Shown here: one piece after another, positions 40,533 to 50,173 of the stretch
Position numbering within the stretch: position 1 is the stretch's first letter
Layout of the letters: every line of letters starts with the position of its first letter
Source: a virus
Taxonomy: Duplodnaviria > Caudoviricetes
DNA: 60,553 nt
Virus record (IMG/VR): IMGVR_UViG_3300016667_000581
Span: 1-60,553 of that record
Strand: one strand, 5' to 3'
Translations under genes and position numbers: made by a program
The notes under the pieces: generated by a model
What the model saw: only the letters and a program-made list of their open reading frames with translations
Database searches by the model: none
What the model was told of the DNA's origin: nothing

Positions 40533-43500
40533 CTTTTGGACTTACAAACTCCAGTAAAACCCTAAGTGGCGGTATTTATGATGCTGCTGATATTGGAAGA
40601 GTCGAAGTAAAAGATGATTCGTTGATTGTAGAGTTGGTCTTGACCGATATTATAAAAAGTTATGATACCGACTCTAGCGTTTCAAAAGGACAAGTTTTCT
40701 CAAACAATCTGACCGAACGAAACCAGAATAGTATTGCAACATTCTCGGACTTTACACCTACTTCTTCTGAAGAATGTACTAGCCTTTCACCAACGGTCCC
40801 AATTCCTCCAACCATAGGACAATCTGATTCCACTCCAGAACCAACAGAAACAGAAACACAACCATCTCAACCGAATCCAAAGGGTTCATCTTTTTTTGAA
40901 GAAGAGTGTGATACTTGTTGTCATTCTCCAACAACCAATCCATCACAGGTTTATAATCTTTGCTTGATTACTTCTACAGATCCAACGATTACTTCAATGA
41001 TAGAAAATGGTTTGATCGATCAAGTCTACAGTTCAATGCCAATACTTCAAACTAAATTTAGTAGAGGCGAACCAGGAGCTTTTTTACAAGAAAATAGCTT
41101 ATCAGATTTTACAAAAACAAAAATAGCGAGAATAGTAAAATCTGGTTTGATGCCTAACCTTTATGTTACTTTATCTAGTTGGGAACCTTCTTTGCATAAT
41201 ACTGGGGTTAAAAGTAAAACAACTACGGCTTATCAGTTTCAGCAGAAGTTTAATGTTAGAATACCACCAAAATGTGAACATCTTGCATTATTTTTATTTG
41301 TAAGATTAGATACTTCCGTTTTTAATGAGGTTTATGGAACTTCAAATTTATCACTTCCACAAGGAGTTTTTACAGGCCCCATAAAAGAATTGAAAGTTTT
41401 GGAAAATTTTAATTTTCAAGTAGAAGGAAATGTTATGGTGGACCTGAGAACAATGTTGGCAACCAATATACCAACTGAAAGGAGCGCATCCGGTCGGCTT
41501 TATAGCTTCCATCCAAACAAGAACTTACAACCTACAAGAATAGGGAAAATAAAATTACCTTTAGGTAATATTCGTAGTGATAATTTATTAAATAGAATTA
41601 TAAAAGTGTGTTCAACCTCTATAACTGACGCAATTCAGCAACAACTTTTAATTCCAAAAACCAATTTGCAGAATAAGTTTTGGCTTTCAAAAATTTCAAA
41701 CACTACAAATATTGCTTTCATAATGTTTAATTATGAACAAATTGTTATGCAAAACTGTTTTATTCAAAACCTAAAATCAAAAGAAGTGTATGCCGATCAA
41801 GAAATCGAAGTATTTGAAATCGAAAAAATAGATTTGTTAGATGAGAATGGAAACGAAAAAATAAATTCTACATCTGGGGATAAGTCGCCAACTGGTTCTA
41901 GACTACGCAGTTCTTCATACGCAAAAACAAAAATTAATAACGACCCCGAGACTATTAATAGCCAAGGAGGACCAGTAATTTTGTCTAAACTTACTGAACT
42001 TCCAAGTCCTTCAAGATCTATAAAATTTATACAAGTTATTGACAGTTCCACCACACCAGGCAAATTTGCTTATAAAATAAATATAAAATTCAAAGATCCT
42101 TCAATTATTTTTTTGAAGAATGTAACCGAGAGTTATTTAGAAAGTCTCAACGCAGTAAAAAAAGCTTATTCTATTTTACAATCCAAGAATGGTAAAGAAA
42201 TTAAAAAGTCTCCAAATCCGGGAGTTGTATTCAGAAATGCAGTAGAAGCTGCAAAAGGCGCAATAGCAAAAGCAAATCAAATTCTTAATATCTTGCCAAG
42301 CAATGACTATAATCCGTCTTTGTTTGTCAATTATATGACAGTATTAGCTAACCCTAAAGCAACAAGCGAAGATCATAATGATTTTATCAAAGTCCTAGAA
42401 ACACTAGGTCATACTTTAACTGGTCTGATACGAAGTGCCGGAATCCCAATCAAAGGTATTGATGATATAGGCTCAACCACAAACAACAATCGTTCCGCTA
42501 GTGCAAAACAAAAAGTCTTTATTGATATAGAGTTTCAATCACAAGAATTCTTGGCCGGTTCTGGTACCGGCATTGGCTTCTTAGAAACTGATAACGAAGT
42601 AGAACAACAAACCAGGTCAATTATTACTTACGACCAAAGATATCTTAATAATAGAGCAGAAATAGAGTTTTCGAGATTTTGGAACACAGAGAGTGTTAGT
42701 GCTTTAAGTTCCGAGGAAGCCATTTTAAGAGAAAAGGCCAAGTTTTTCTTAACTCCCACAAAAATATATGGAGTTGATGAGATAATTGATATTCTTGATG
42801 TTCGCAACTTTGACTTCGGCTTTCAGACAAAACTGAAGAAAATGAAGCTAGCTAGACAACAGAAAGCCACAAAATCAAGCAGTTTCTATTCAATATTAGA
42901 CTCTCTCAGTAATTTACCGGCTTCCTTCCAGGTAGTTCCTACAGAATATGATTTTATAGATGGAAAACAAGATATGGTTGTTTCGTTACCAATATCTAAC
43001 AATTATCTAAAGAACCATAGTGGCTTTACAGATAGCAATATAGATACAGTCAAAAACAAAAGTAAACAAATAAATGAATTTATGTCTAATGACGACAAGA
43101 TTGTTTCTGCCATTGAAGGTACTTTCGTAGATGGTTTTGAGAAAGTAGGAAAAGGAACGATTAAAGAAAGAATTGATTCAACGACAACATTGGAAGACAT
43201 TGTGGACAGAAGCAGTATTTCAAGTCTTCCTCCATCATTGCAAGCTTATAAACGTCGTACTTCTGGAGCTTCTAAGATGTCTACATTTGTTCAACAAAAT
43301 GGTACTTTATCTGACCCTTCAAATAAGATATTCTTGAATAACTTTTTTGGACTTGTTGCTAAAATTGAATATCTTTCTTTCAAACCAACAAACTTGAATT
43401 CTGCTGAATGGAACGAACTAAATACAAGTATTTTGGAATCAAACAGAAATTTGTTCTGTAGATTACGGCTTGTAAGTAATTCTCTACTTAGACTCGGGCA

Positions 43501-43723
43501 GGAAGAGATAGAAATTTATAATGAATATTTTGTTTTAGAAAATACAAAGTTGAAACGCACAACAATGTCCGAAAGAGCAAGTATCAAGCCAATTAGAATG
43601 CTTGGGATACAAAACCTATCAAAGTCTGAAAAGAGCATCGGGAATAGGATACAAGCTATTATGAACCAAAGAACTACTTATGATAGTGGCTCGCCCGTTG
43701 CGTACACGAATATAATACACTAA
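40520..43723 (+). CDS. Large hypothetical virion protein (1067 aa)
   Basis: Long ORF with RBS AGGAGG and an N-terminal P/S/T-rich linker containing CDTCCH. Confidence 0.65.
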   Translation: MPQLAFGLTNSSKTLSGGIYDAADIGRVEVKDDSLIVELVLTDIIKSYDTDSSVSKGQVFSNNLTERNQNSIATFSDFTPTSSEECTSLSPTVPIPPTIGQSDSTPEPTETETQPSQPNPKGSSFFEEECDTCCHSPTTNPSQVYNLCLITSTDPTITSMIENGLIDQVYSSMPILQTKFSRGEPGAFLQENSLSDFTKTKIARIVKSGLMPNLYVTLSSWEPSLHNTGVKSKTTTAYQFQQKFNVRIPPKCEHLALFLFVRLDTSVFNEVYGTSNLSLPQGVFTGPIKELKVLENFNFQVEGNVMVDLRTMLATNIPTERSASGRLYSFHPNKNLQPTRIGKIKLPLGNIRSDNLLNRIIKVCSTSITDAIQQQLLIPKTNLQNKFWLSKISNTTNIAFIMFNYEQIVMQNCFIQNLKSKEVYADQEIEVFEIEKIDLLDENGNEKINSTSGDKSPTGSRLRSSSYAKTKINNDPETINSQGGPVILSKLTELPSPSRSIKFIQVIDSSTTPGKFAYKINIKFKDPSIIFLKNVTESYLESLNAVKKAYSILQSKNGKEIKKSPNPGVVFRNAVEAAKGAIAKANQILNILPSNDYNPSLFVNYMTVLANPKATSEDHNDFIKVLETLGHTLTGLIRSAGIPIKGIDDIGSTTNNNRSASAKQKVFIDIEFQSQEFLAGSGTGIGFLETDNEVEQQTRSIITYDQRYLNNRAEIEFSRFWNTESVSALSSEEAILREKAKFFLTPTKIYGVDEIIDILDVRNFDFGFQTKLKKMKLARQQKATKSSSFYSILDSLSNLPASFQVVPTEYDFIDGKQDMVVSLPISNNYLKNHSGFTDSNIDTVKNKSKQINEFMSNDDKIVSAIEGTFVDGFEKVGKGTIKERIDSTTTLEDIVDRSSISSLPPSLQAYKRRTSGASKMSTFVQQNGTLSDPSNKIFLNNFFGLVAKIEYLSFKPTNLNSAEWNELNTSILESNRNLFCRLRLVSNSLLRLGQEEIEIYNEYFVLENTKLKRTTMSERASIKPIRMLGIQNLSKSEKSIGNRIQAIMNQRTTYDSGSPVAYTNIIH

Positions 43724-43724
43724 G

Positions 43725-45929
43725 ATGAAAGCATCCCAAAGATTCATTTTTGTAAATGATAATAACTATAAGAAGTCTTCATTACCGACTATAGGTTCTA
43801 TTGAAAAGAATAGAATTTATAGGAATATTACTGATAGATTTAGACAAGTTATTGGAAATTACTGGTATCCAAAGAAACCAAATGGGCGTCCAATAGATGT
43901 AGATAACCTTGATGGACAAAAAGGTTCGCTAGCTTGGAACGAGAAAAAAGATTTTCCTTTTGATATCAAGTTGGGAAAGACCTATACATTTTCCACTTAT
44001 AAAACCATTCCAACAGTAATTAAGACCACTACGGTAACTCTGGTTGCGGATAGAATTTTCGGACCATACCCAGACTGTATTGAATGTTGGAATAGATATC
44101 TTTATGGTTACAACCCTTATGTTGAAAACCCAACTACTTTTGATACAGTATTTGGTTACGAACCTTTAAAGATACAAGAAATAGAATCGTCTTTTACAAT
44201 TGAAGACCAAACATTGGCATCCGATCCAGAAAAACAAACAAAAGTTGGTGCTTTTACACCATTATCTATGTTACTGTTAACTGATGCTGGCTTACCAACG
44301 ACCCAAAGATTAAATGAAATCGGGATAGACCTAACATATCTTTCTTACGGAAAGAAACTATCTGATGCTATCACTAAACTAACTACGGACATTAATGCTA
44401 GTATTGGAGCCGTGCAAATTGAGGTACCAGCAATATTATCATATACTGCAAAATTGTTTAGAGATGGATACTTTGACAACCCAATAGCTATTGTAAACGA
44501 ACAAGAACAAAACCTAGATAGAGAAGCAGACTTTCAACATAATGCAGATGTTGAATTTGTTCACAACTTCTCGGCTAAAGAATATGAGAAAGCTATAAGT
44601 GAAGATACTCCACAGTTAGGGCTTAATCAACTTGGAGGAGAAACCAAGCTAGCTAATATGTATGAACATATCCTCAATAATAAACTACAACCAGTAATAA
44701 TAAAACTGAGAAGGGAAAAGGATTGTTTTGTACAGAATTTAGCCCTCTTTTTCAGAAACTCCAAGTTTGATTCAAAAGTTATCTACGTCTTAGCTGAAAC
44801 TCTACCACTTATCAATAAATTCTATCCTTTTCAGGAGATGATGCCATATTACTCCAGAATCAATTTTAGAACTCAACCAACAGGGCCAATAGCTGGTTCT
44901 GTTGAAGAAACAAAAACAGATGGTATCTTGTTGCGTTATTTGCAAGAGACAGTAAAAATAGATACACCTAAAATACGCTTACTGAAACAGACCTTGGGTA
45001 AGAATCTAAGAAGTCGTGCTATTTCATATTTACTTGAAGAAGATAGCCGTTTTGCTTATATAAAATCTTGGGGTTTTTACGAATGGATATTGAAACTGGG
45101 AGAGAGGATAGACAATTCTCGTTTGTTCGGTAGACCTATCGCTGCACCACAGGCATTAGACAGTATTATCCTAAATAACCAAACTCTTGCTGCAAGAATG
45201 ATGGGTGCAGATCCGCGACTACCAGATTCCTATTATGCTGTTTCAACTGCTGCGCTGCACGCAAAAGTAGCAAATATTATTAAATTATACTCTAGAAGTT
45301 ATCCTCAACTTTTAAAAGGTGAGATGCCTTATAAAGAAACTATTGCTTACAAGATAGCAAAATATGCTAATGTTTCCGCCCCATTGACAACTTCAACAAA
45401 TGAAATTTTAAATACAACTTTGTATCAGACTCTGTATCAAGAAGGAATTATAACACCATTTGGTACTGCAACTCCTGTACAAGAAATTTGGTTCTTTAAC
45501 TCTTCTAAGGAAGAAGTTATCAATTATGTAGATACTCAAATAATGAGCGACAGGTTCTACACTTATGTAATATATTCTTATCTTTTGGTCCTAGAGAGTG
45601 ATTATTACTACACTAATGTTGGTAACGCTAAACCTCCGTGTGATGATAAAGTATTGGATTTTGAACCGGCCAATGTTCCTTTACAAGAACAACCAGTTCC
45701 TTCGTTCCCCGAAGCTCCTACTCCACCACCAGTATCCCCTGAACCAATAGATCCGGGTTTTGATAATACACCTGTTGCACCACCTTTAAGACCGGTTGTG
45801 ACGATACCAGGTAGTCCGATTAGAGGGACAACAGTACCTGGTTTTGGTCAGGCCGGTCGTGAGCCTGGAGATGCAGGTGCTGGTGGAGGCCCACAAGGTC
45901 TTGGTCCTGGTGTTGGGCAAATTGGCTAA
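43725..45929 (+). CDS. Hypothetical virion protein with FN3-like segment and Pro/Gly-rich tail
   Basis: YVDTQI...YTYVIYSY FN3-like strand pattern; C-terminal PTPPPVSP...GAGGGPQGLGPG. Confidence 0.6.
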   Translation: MKASQRFIFVNDNNYKKSSLPTIGSIEKNRIYRNITDRFRQVIGNYWYPKKPNGRPIDVDNLDGQKGSLAWNEKKDFPFDIKLGKTYTFSTYKTIPTVIKTTTVTLVADRIFGPYPDCIECWNRYLYGYNPYVENPTTFDTVFGYEPLKIQEIESSFTIEDQTLASDPEKQTKVGAFTPLSMLLLTDAGLPTTQRLNEIGIDLTYLSYGKKLSDAITKLTTDINASIGAVQIEVPAILSYTAKLFRDGYFDNPIAIVNEQEQNLDREADFQHNADVEFVHNFSAKEYEKAISEDTPQLGLNQLGGETKLANMYEHILNNKLQPVIIKLRREKDCFVQNLALFFRNSKFDSKVIYVLAETLPLINKFYPFQEMMPYYSRINFRTQPTGPIAGSVEETKTDGILLRYLQETVKIDTPKIRLLKQTLGKNLRSRAISYLLEEDSRFAYIKSWGFYEWILKLGERIDNSRLFGRPIAAPQALDSIILNNQTLAARMMGADPRLPDSYYAVSTAALHAKVANIIKLYSRSYPQLLKGEMPYKETIAYKIAKYANVSAPLTTSTNEILNTTLYQTLYQEGIITPFGTATPVQEIWFFNSSKEEVINYVDTQIMSDRFYTYVIYSYLLVLESDYYYTNVGNAKPPCDDKVLDFEPANVPLQEQPVPSFPEAPTPPPVSPEPIDPGFDNTPVAPPLRPVVTIPGSPIRGTTVPGFGQAGREPGDAGAGGGPQGLGPGVGQIG

Positions 45930-45958
45930 TAACGAAGTAATTAAATAGGAATTTAATA

Positions 45959-48034
45959 ATGGCTACAAGTTATCAATTCATTACAGAAATGGCAAAGTTT
46001 TATATTGATGCTCTAAGGTCTGGGCTACCATATAACTTTGCTTACGATATTTCTTTAGCCAATGCAGCAAGAACTTACCAATTTTCTTGCGCTCCACTAA
46101 CACAAGAATTAAAACTACAACTTTTAATAAATCCAAATGGATGTACAAACACAATTGAAAGCCAATCAGGTCTTGGAGGATACCAAGGTCAAGGTAATTT
46201 ACCAGTTGAAATTTCCAGAATGATAACCATAATGGGAATTGATGCTACCCAACAAAGACTAACAGAATTGTTCGTTAGTTGTTTGGATGGAACATTCGTC
46301 CAAAATGGTTTTGATGAAACAGTTATAAATTCTATAATTCAAAAATTCTTATCCTATATTCAAAAAGGTTGCCTTACCACAAGACTAATATGCGACTGCA
46401 ATGATTCTTCTAAAGACCCTTGCAGAGTTATTACTTCTATTTCAACTGGACGAAACGTAAGATACGATACTGGACCCAACTTTGCGGAAATAGACGAACA
46501 ACTTACGAATAGAGTAGAAAACTTATTATTAAATAAAACTGGTAAAAACTTTGAAATAGAAAACCTTACTGTTGGCGAAATAAATCAAATTGAACAAACA
46601 TTTATTGATGTTTTGAATATACTTTATTCAAATAATAGAATTTCAACTGATCCAAACTCTGGTGCGCCTGCTGCTATCATAAGAGATTTTTTTGACCAAG
46701 CAAGACAATTTAATAGAACAACGCAAACCAGAGGCTTCTCAGGCACAGATTTTATTGTACTTCTTGCTTTAATAAATTCTAATGGTCAATTTCCAAGGAT
46801 TTCTTCGCTTTATAGCAGAATGGTAAGTCAAATAGGAAATATATTTAGACCATTGATAAACATAAGAGTCCAACCAGGCTCTTTTGAGGCAAGACCAGAT
46901 TACAGCACTAATTCAATAATGTTTAGTAGTGTTTTGGAATTTGAGACTAAAAACGTTGATTGCAAACCAGAAGAGTACCCATATTTGGGCGACGATTCAA
47001 AAATACAACAAATTTGTGAATGTCCACCTCCTCAAAGTCCAAAAGTTTGTAGAACTTCGTTTTTAGCAAATGTTGTCCCGAATCCAATAATTTATGAAGT
47101 ACCCTTCTTTTATGCTTCTGGAAAAGCAACAGCAGAATTACCAACCCCTCCAGATGTGCAGTTTATACCTTACAAAGATGTGGATAGCACTATTTTGATA
47201 AATCTGAACACAATGGCAGGAAGATATACAACAAAGTTTGTTCCTATTACCGGAAAAGACCAAGAATATGTTAGTTCATTAGCTAGTTCAAGAGGAGTTG
47301 CAGTAGACTCATTGTTTGACTTTGAAGGAGATCCAGATGTTCAATACTATGAAGCTTTCAGAATTGACAAGCATCCAATGTCATATGAAGATTTCCAGCA
47401 AGCGACCGTATTCAAGTTTATCAACTACCGTGAAGGTCTAAATAGAAGCAAAAACGTTTCAGTATTTAGGGATATTGATATTAGAGCATATTCTAATGGT
47501 ATTTCACAAGAACACAGCATATCACCAAACAAAAAATATTATTACACATTCAGAACAGTAGATGTAAACAATAACATTTCTAACCCTTCAAAGGTGTTTG
47601 AGCTTGAAATGATAAATAATGGTGGAGCAATATTCCCCGTTATAAGAGTTGTGGACTTTGCTAAACCTATAGCTAGCGCAGAGAAGGTAGAAATGAGAAG
47701 GTTGTTTATGATGTCTCCAACTCGTCAGCAAACCGATATTTATTCTTCCACTCTAGAGTTGGTAGAAAACTACGGAGTTCGTACAGCAAGAGAAGCGATA
47801 CGAAGCTTGAAGCTGGCATCTAATGTGGAAAATCCAATTTGGGATAAGAAATTCAAAATTAGGTTTACCTCACTAGATACTGGAAGAATGCTAGATATCA
47901 ATGTTGTACCGACAATTGAAGTAATTGATCCTGTTGAAAAATGTGGTCCTGGTACTACTAACACAGATAGTATCGGTCAGGTTCTAGATACTTTCTATAG
48001 CCAGGTTACTACTGGTATGAATACCCCGATCTAA
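45959..48034 (+). CDS. Hypothetical virion protein with FN3-like domain
   Basis: PTPPDV, YEAFRI and ISPNKKYYYTFRTVD...SNPS fit the FN3 tyrosine-corner pattern. Cys-rich N-terminal half. Confidence 0.6.
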   Translation: MATSYQFITEMAKFYIDALRSGLPYNFAYDISLANAARTYQFSCAPLTQELKLQLLINPNGCTNTIESQSGLGGYQGQGNLPVEISRMITIMGIDATQQRLTELFVSCLDGTFVQNGFDETVINSIIQKFLSYIQKGCLTTRLICDCNDSSKDPCRVITSISTGRNVRYDTGPNFAEIDEQLTNRVENLLLNKTGKNFEIENLTVGEINQIEQTFIDVLNILYSNNRISTDPNSGAPAAIIRDFFDQARQFNRTTQTRGFSGTDFIVLLALINSNGQFPRISSLYSRMVSQIGNIFRPLINIRVQPGSFEARPDYSTNSIMFSSVLEFETKNVDCKPEEYPYLGDDSKIQQICECPPPQSPKVCRTSFLANVVPNPIIYEVPFFYASGKATAELPTPPDVQFIPYKDVDSTILINLNTMAGRYTTKFVPITGKDQEYVSSLASSRGVAVDSLFDFEGDPDVQYYEAFRIDKHPMSYEDFQQATVFKFINYREGLNRSKNVSVFRDIDIRAYSNGISQEHSISPNKKYYYTFRTVDVNNNISNPSKVFELEMINNGGAIFPVIRVVDFAKPIASAEKVEMRRLFMMSPTRQQTDIYSSTLELVENYGVRTAREAIRSLKLASNVENPIWDKKFKIRFTSLDTGRMLDINVVPTIEVIDPVEKCGPGTTNTDSIGQVLDTFYSQVTTGMNTPI

Positions 48035-48065
48035 AACAAATACCAAGACAACACAGTTTATTGAC

Positions 48066-48089
48066 GCTTCACATAGAGGCTTTATTTAT
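48066..48089 (+). terminator. Possible weak intrinsic terminator
   Basis: GCTTC-ACATA-GAGGC 5-bp stem (one G.U) followed by TTTATTTAT, in an 87-nt intergenic gap. Confidence 0.25.
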
Positions 48090-48097
48090 GAACAATA

Positions 48098-48105
48098 CTA
48101 TTTAT
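48098..48105 (+). promoter_or_regulatory. Putative late promoter CTATTTAT
   Basis: 24 nt before ATG 48122, followed by RBS GAGGAG. Confidence 0.7.
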
Positions 48106-48121
48106 AAAGTGAGGAGATAAA

Positions 48122-49033
48122 ATGGCATTTTTAGATAATTCAGGCGACATTATTCTTGACGCTGTATTGACCGATGTTGGTCGTATGAGATTAGCAAGAG
48201 GCGATGGTAGTTTCCAGATTACCGCATTTGCACTTGGAGATGACGAAATTGATTATTCGTTGTACAATGCAAACCATCCAAGCGGCTCTGCTTACTACGA
48301 TCTATCTATCAAGCAAACTCCTATTCTAGAGTCTTTCACAAACAATGCTTCTTTTATGAAGTCAAAACTTATGTCCATCAACCGCTTTGATTTATTTTAT
48401 CTCCCCGTCTTAAAACTTAACCAGTTGGTGGCCGGAACCGCTAAACATTCAAGTGGTGTCTTTGTAATTCCAGTTGATAATACTACATCAACAAATGCAT
48501 CACTTCAAAATGCTACTGGTATTCTGAATGGTTTTAACCCGTCAATTGCTAATAATTATATCAGAATTGACCAAGGTATTGATAACTCCGCTCAACCTCC
48601 TACTATTGAGTTACCACCATCCTTGAAAGAAACACAATATGCCATCAGAATGCACAATGACTTAGGTTCTATCTATTCCCCTTCAGCTAACGGTGGTCAA
48701 GGTTTAGCTAGACCAAGCTCAATCGATGATGATGGAATTGCAACTTATTTCTTCTCACTAACCGCAAATAATACATTTGTTATCACAAATACAGATACTT
48801 CTACCAATTCAAATGTTCAAGTTATTGCTGGTTCAAGAGGAACAATTTTGAGCTTTAAGATCGCTGCTAGCGAGAACCTAAGAAGTTCTTATTCACTATT
48901 TACAGAACTTGGTGGTTCTGGCCTCACCGTTAATGGTGTAACTTCACTTCGCTACATTGATACATTCGTTGAGATCGAAGGTGTTACAACCGGATACAAG
49001 ATCGAAATCCCAGTTAGATATATCAAAGCTTGA
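48122..49033 (+). CDS. Conserved tail/baseplate structural protein (tail-collar-like N-terminus)
   Basis: MAFLDNSGDIILDAVLTDVGRMRLARG...FALGDDEIDY; strong RBS. Confidence 0.7.
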   Translation: MAFLDNSGDIILDAVLTDVGRMRLARGDGSFQITAFALGDDEIDYSLYNANHPSGSAYYDLSIKQTPILESFTNNASFMKSKLMSINRFDLFYLPVLKLNQLVAGTAKHSSGVFVIPVDNTTSTNASLQNATGILNGFNPSIANNYIRIDQGIDNSAQPPTIELPPSLKETQYAIRMHNDLGSIYSPSANGGQGLARPSSIDDDGIATYFFSLTANNTFVITNTDTSTNSNVQVIAGSRGTILSFKIAASENLRSSYSLFTELGGSGLTVNGVTSLRYIDTFVEIEGVTTGYKIEIPVRYIKA

Positions 49034-49050
49034 TAAAAGGATAAAACAAA

Positions 49051-50157
49051 ATGGCAAGTGTCTATAAATCATTTACTTCTAATGATATAACAAATACTAG
49101 AACTCTACTCCATGAGTCGATTCCTATTACTGGTTCGATTATCTCTGGAACTTACGCTAGTGATTCTAACATCAAGTCATTCTCACACGGAATGTTTCAG
49201 TCCGTTTATGACTATCCTTATCTATCATCGTCAGCTAATCACATTTTTGATGTGTCTTTGGGTATTAGCCCAGCGTGGACTTCTTACTCTGGCGTCACTA
49301 CTCAACAAGCAAAGAAGGGAGCCATTTATAATCAAATGGCCCAAGTTCTCGTTGGTTTTGACGAAACCGGTTCTGTTCGCCAGTTCGATCAAGATGGTGA
49401 TCTAACTTCTGGTGATAAAATCAATAGTGCTTTCGTAATGAGCCTTTCTCGTCTTCTAACCAAGGACGAAATAAAGAAGGGCACATTCTCTATGGAACTT
49501 GCTGTTACAGGCACTTACAGCGCCCCAGCAAGCTTTGCAAACCGAATCATTATTACAGATTCGGGTGCTGCTACAACTTACCGCGTCAATTCTCCTGCTG
49601 GTGAGTATGGTGTTCTTTACGCTTCCAACTCTGCCGGAACTTGCTTTGCTGATGCGACCAAGCAAGCCGGTGGTGCTTCAGCACAACCTGTAGGCTTGAT
49701 TTATTACCAAGCCGGTGTCGTTGTTTTAAATGCTCTACAGCTATTCTACAACAGCGCAAATGGTGGTATCCTTTCTTCATCAATGACCGCTGGCTCAGTC
49801 TCAGGTTCTGGTGCGAACTTCTCAACCATAGCAACAGCACAAACAATCGATTCTGGTTCTGCTTTCTTGCGTAACCGCATCTATAACATTTCGTTCAATA
49901 ACACCACAGAACTAAACTCTACTGTCTATTTCTGCCGTGTCAACCATAACGAGTTTAACTATAGCGCAAACCCAACTTATCTCACAGGTAGCCAGATTCG
50001 CGTCAAGACACGCAGAACAGACCCACCAGTTGCTTATATTACTTCTGTTGGTATGTACTCTGCTGACCGCGAACTTCTTGCTGTCGCCAAGCTTTCCGAG
50101 CCACTTCGCAAAGACCCAAGCAACGAACTCACCCTAAGAGTCCGACTAGACTACTGA
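49051..50157 (+). CDS. Tail/baseplate structural protein (paralog of 50174)
   Basis: C-terminal YFCR...EFNYSANPTY...YITSVGMY...LLAVAKLSEPLRK...LRVRLDY. Confidence 0.7.
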   Translation: MASVYKSFTSNDITNTRTLLHESIPITGSIISGTYASDSNIKSFSHGMFQSVYDYPYLSSSANHIFDVSLGISPAWTSYSGVTTQQAKKGAIYNQMAQVLVGFDETGSVRQFDQDGDLTSGDKINSAFVMSLSRLLTKDEIKKGTFSMELAVTGTYSAPASFANRIIITDSGAATTYRVNSPAGEYGVLYASNSAGTCFADATKQAGGASAQPVGLIYYQAGVVVLNALQLFYNSANGGILSSSMTAGSVSGSGANFSTIATAQTIDSGSAFLRNRIYNISFNNTTELNSTVYFCRVNHNEFNYSANPTYLTGSQIRVKTRRTDPPVAYITSVGMYSADRELLAVAKLSEPLRKDPSNELTLRVRLDY

Positions 50158-50173
50158 TAAAGGGGCGTGAGTT

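Noticed and set aside
45660-45929. Collagen-like repeat at the end of the 734-aa protein
   Set aside because: Pro/Gly-rich but without a sustained Gly-X-Y register; treated as a low-complexity tail.
30449-48034. Diversity-generating retroelement or invertible tail-fibre system
   Set aside because: No reverse transcriptase, invertase or TR/VR-type repeat pair was noticed by eye; a self-alignment would be needed to exclude it fully.
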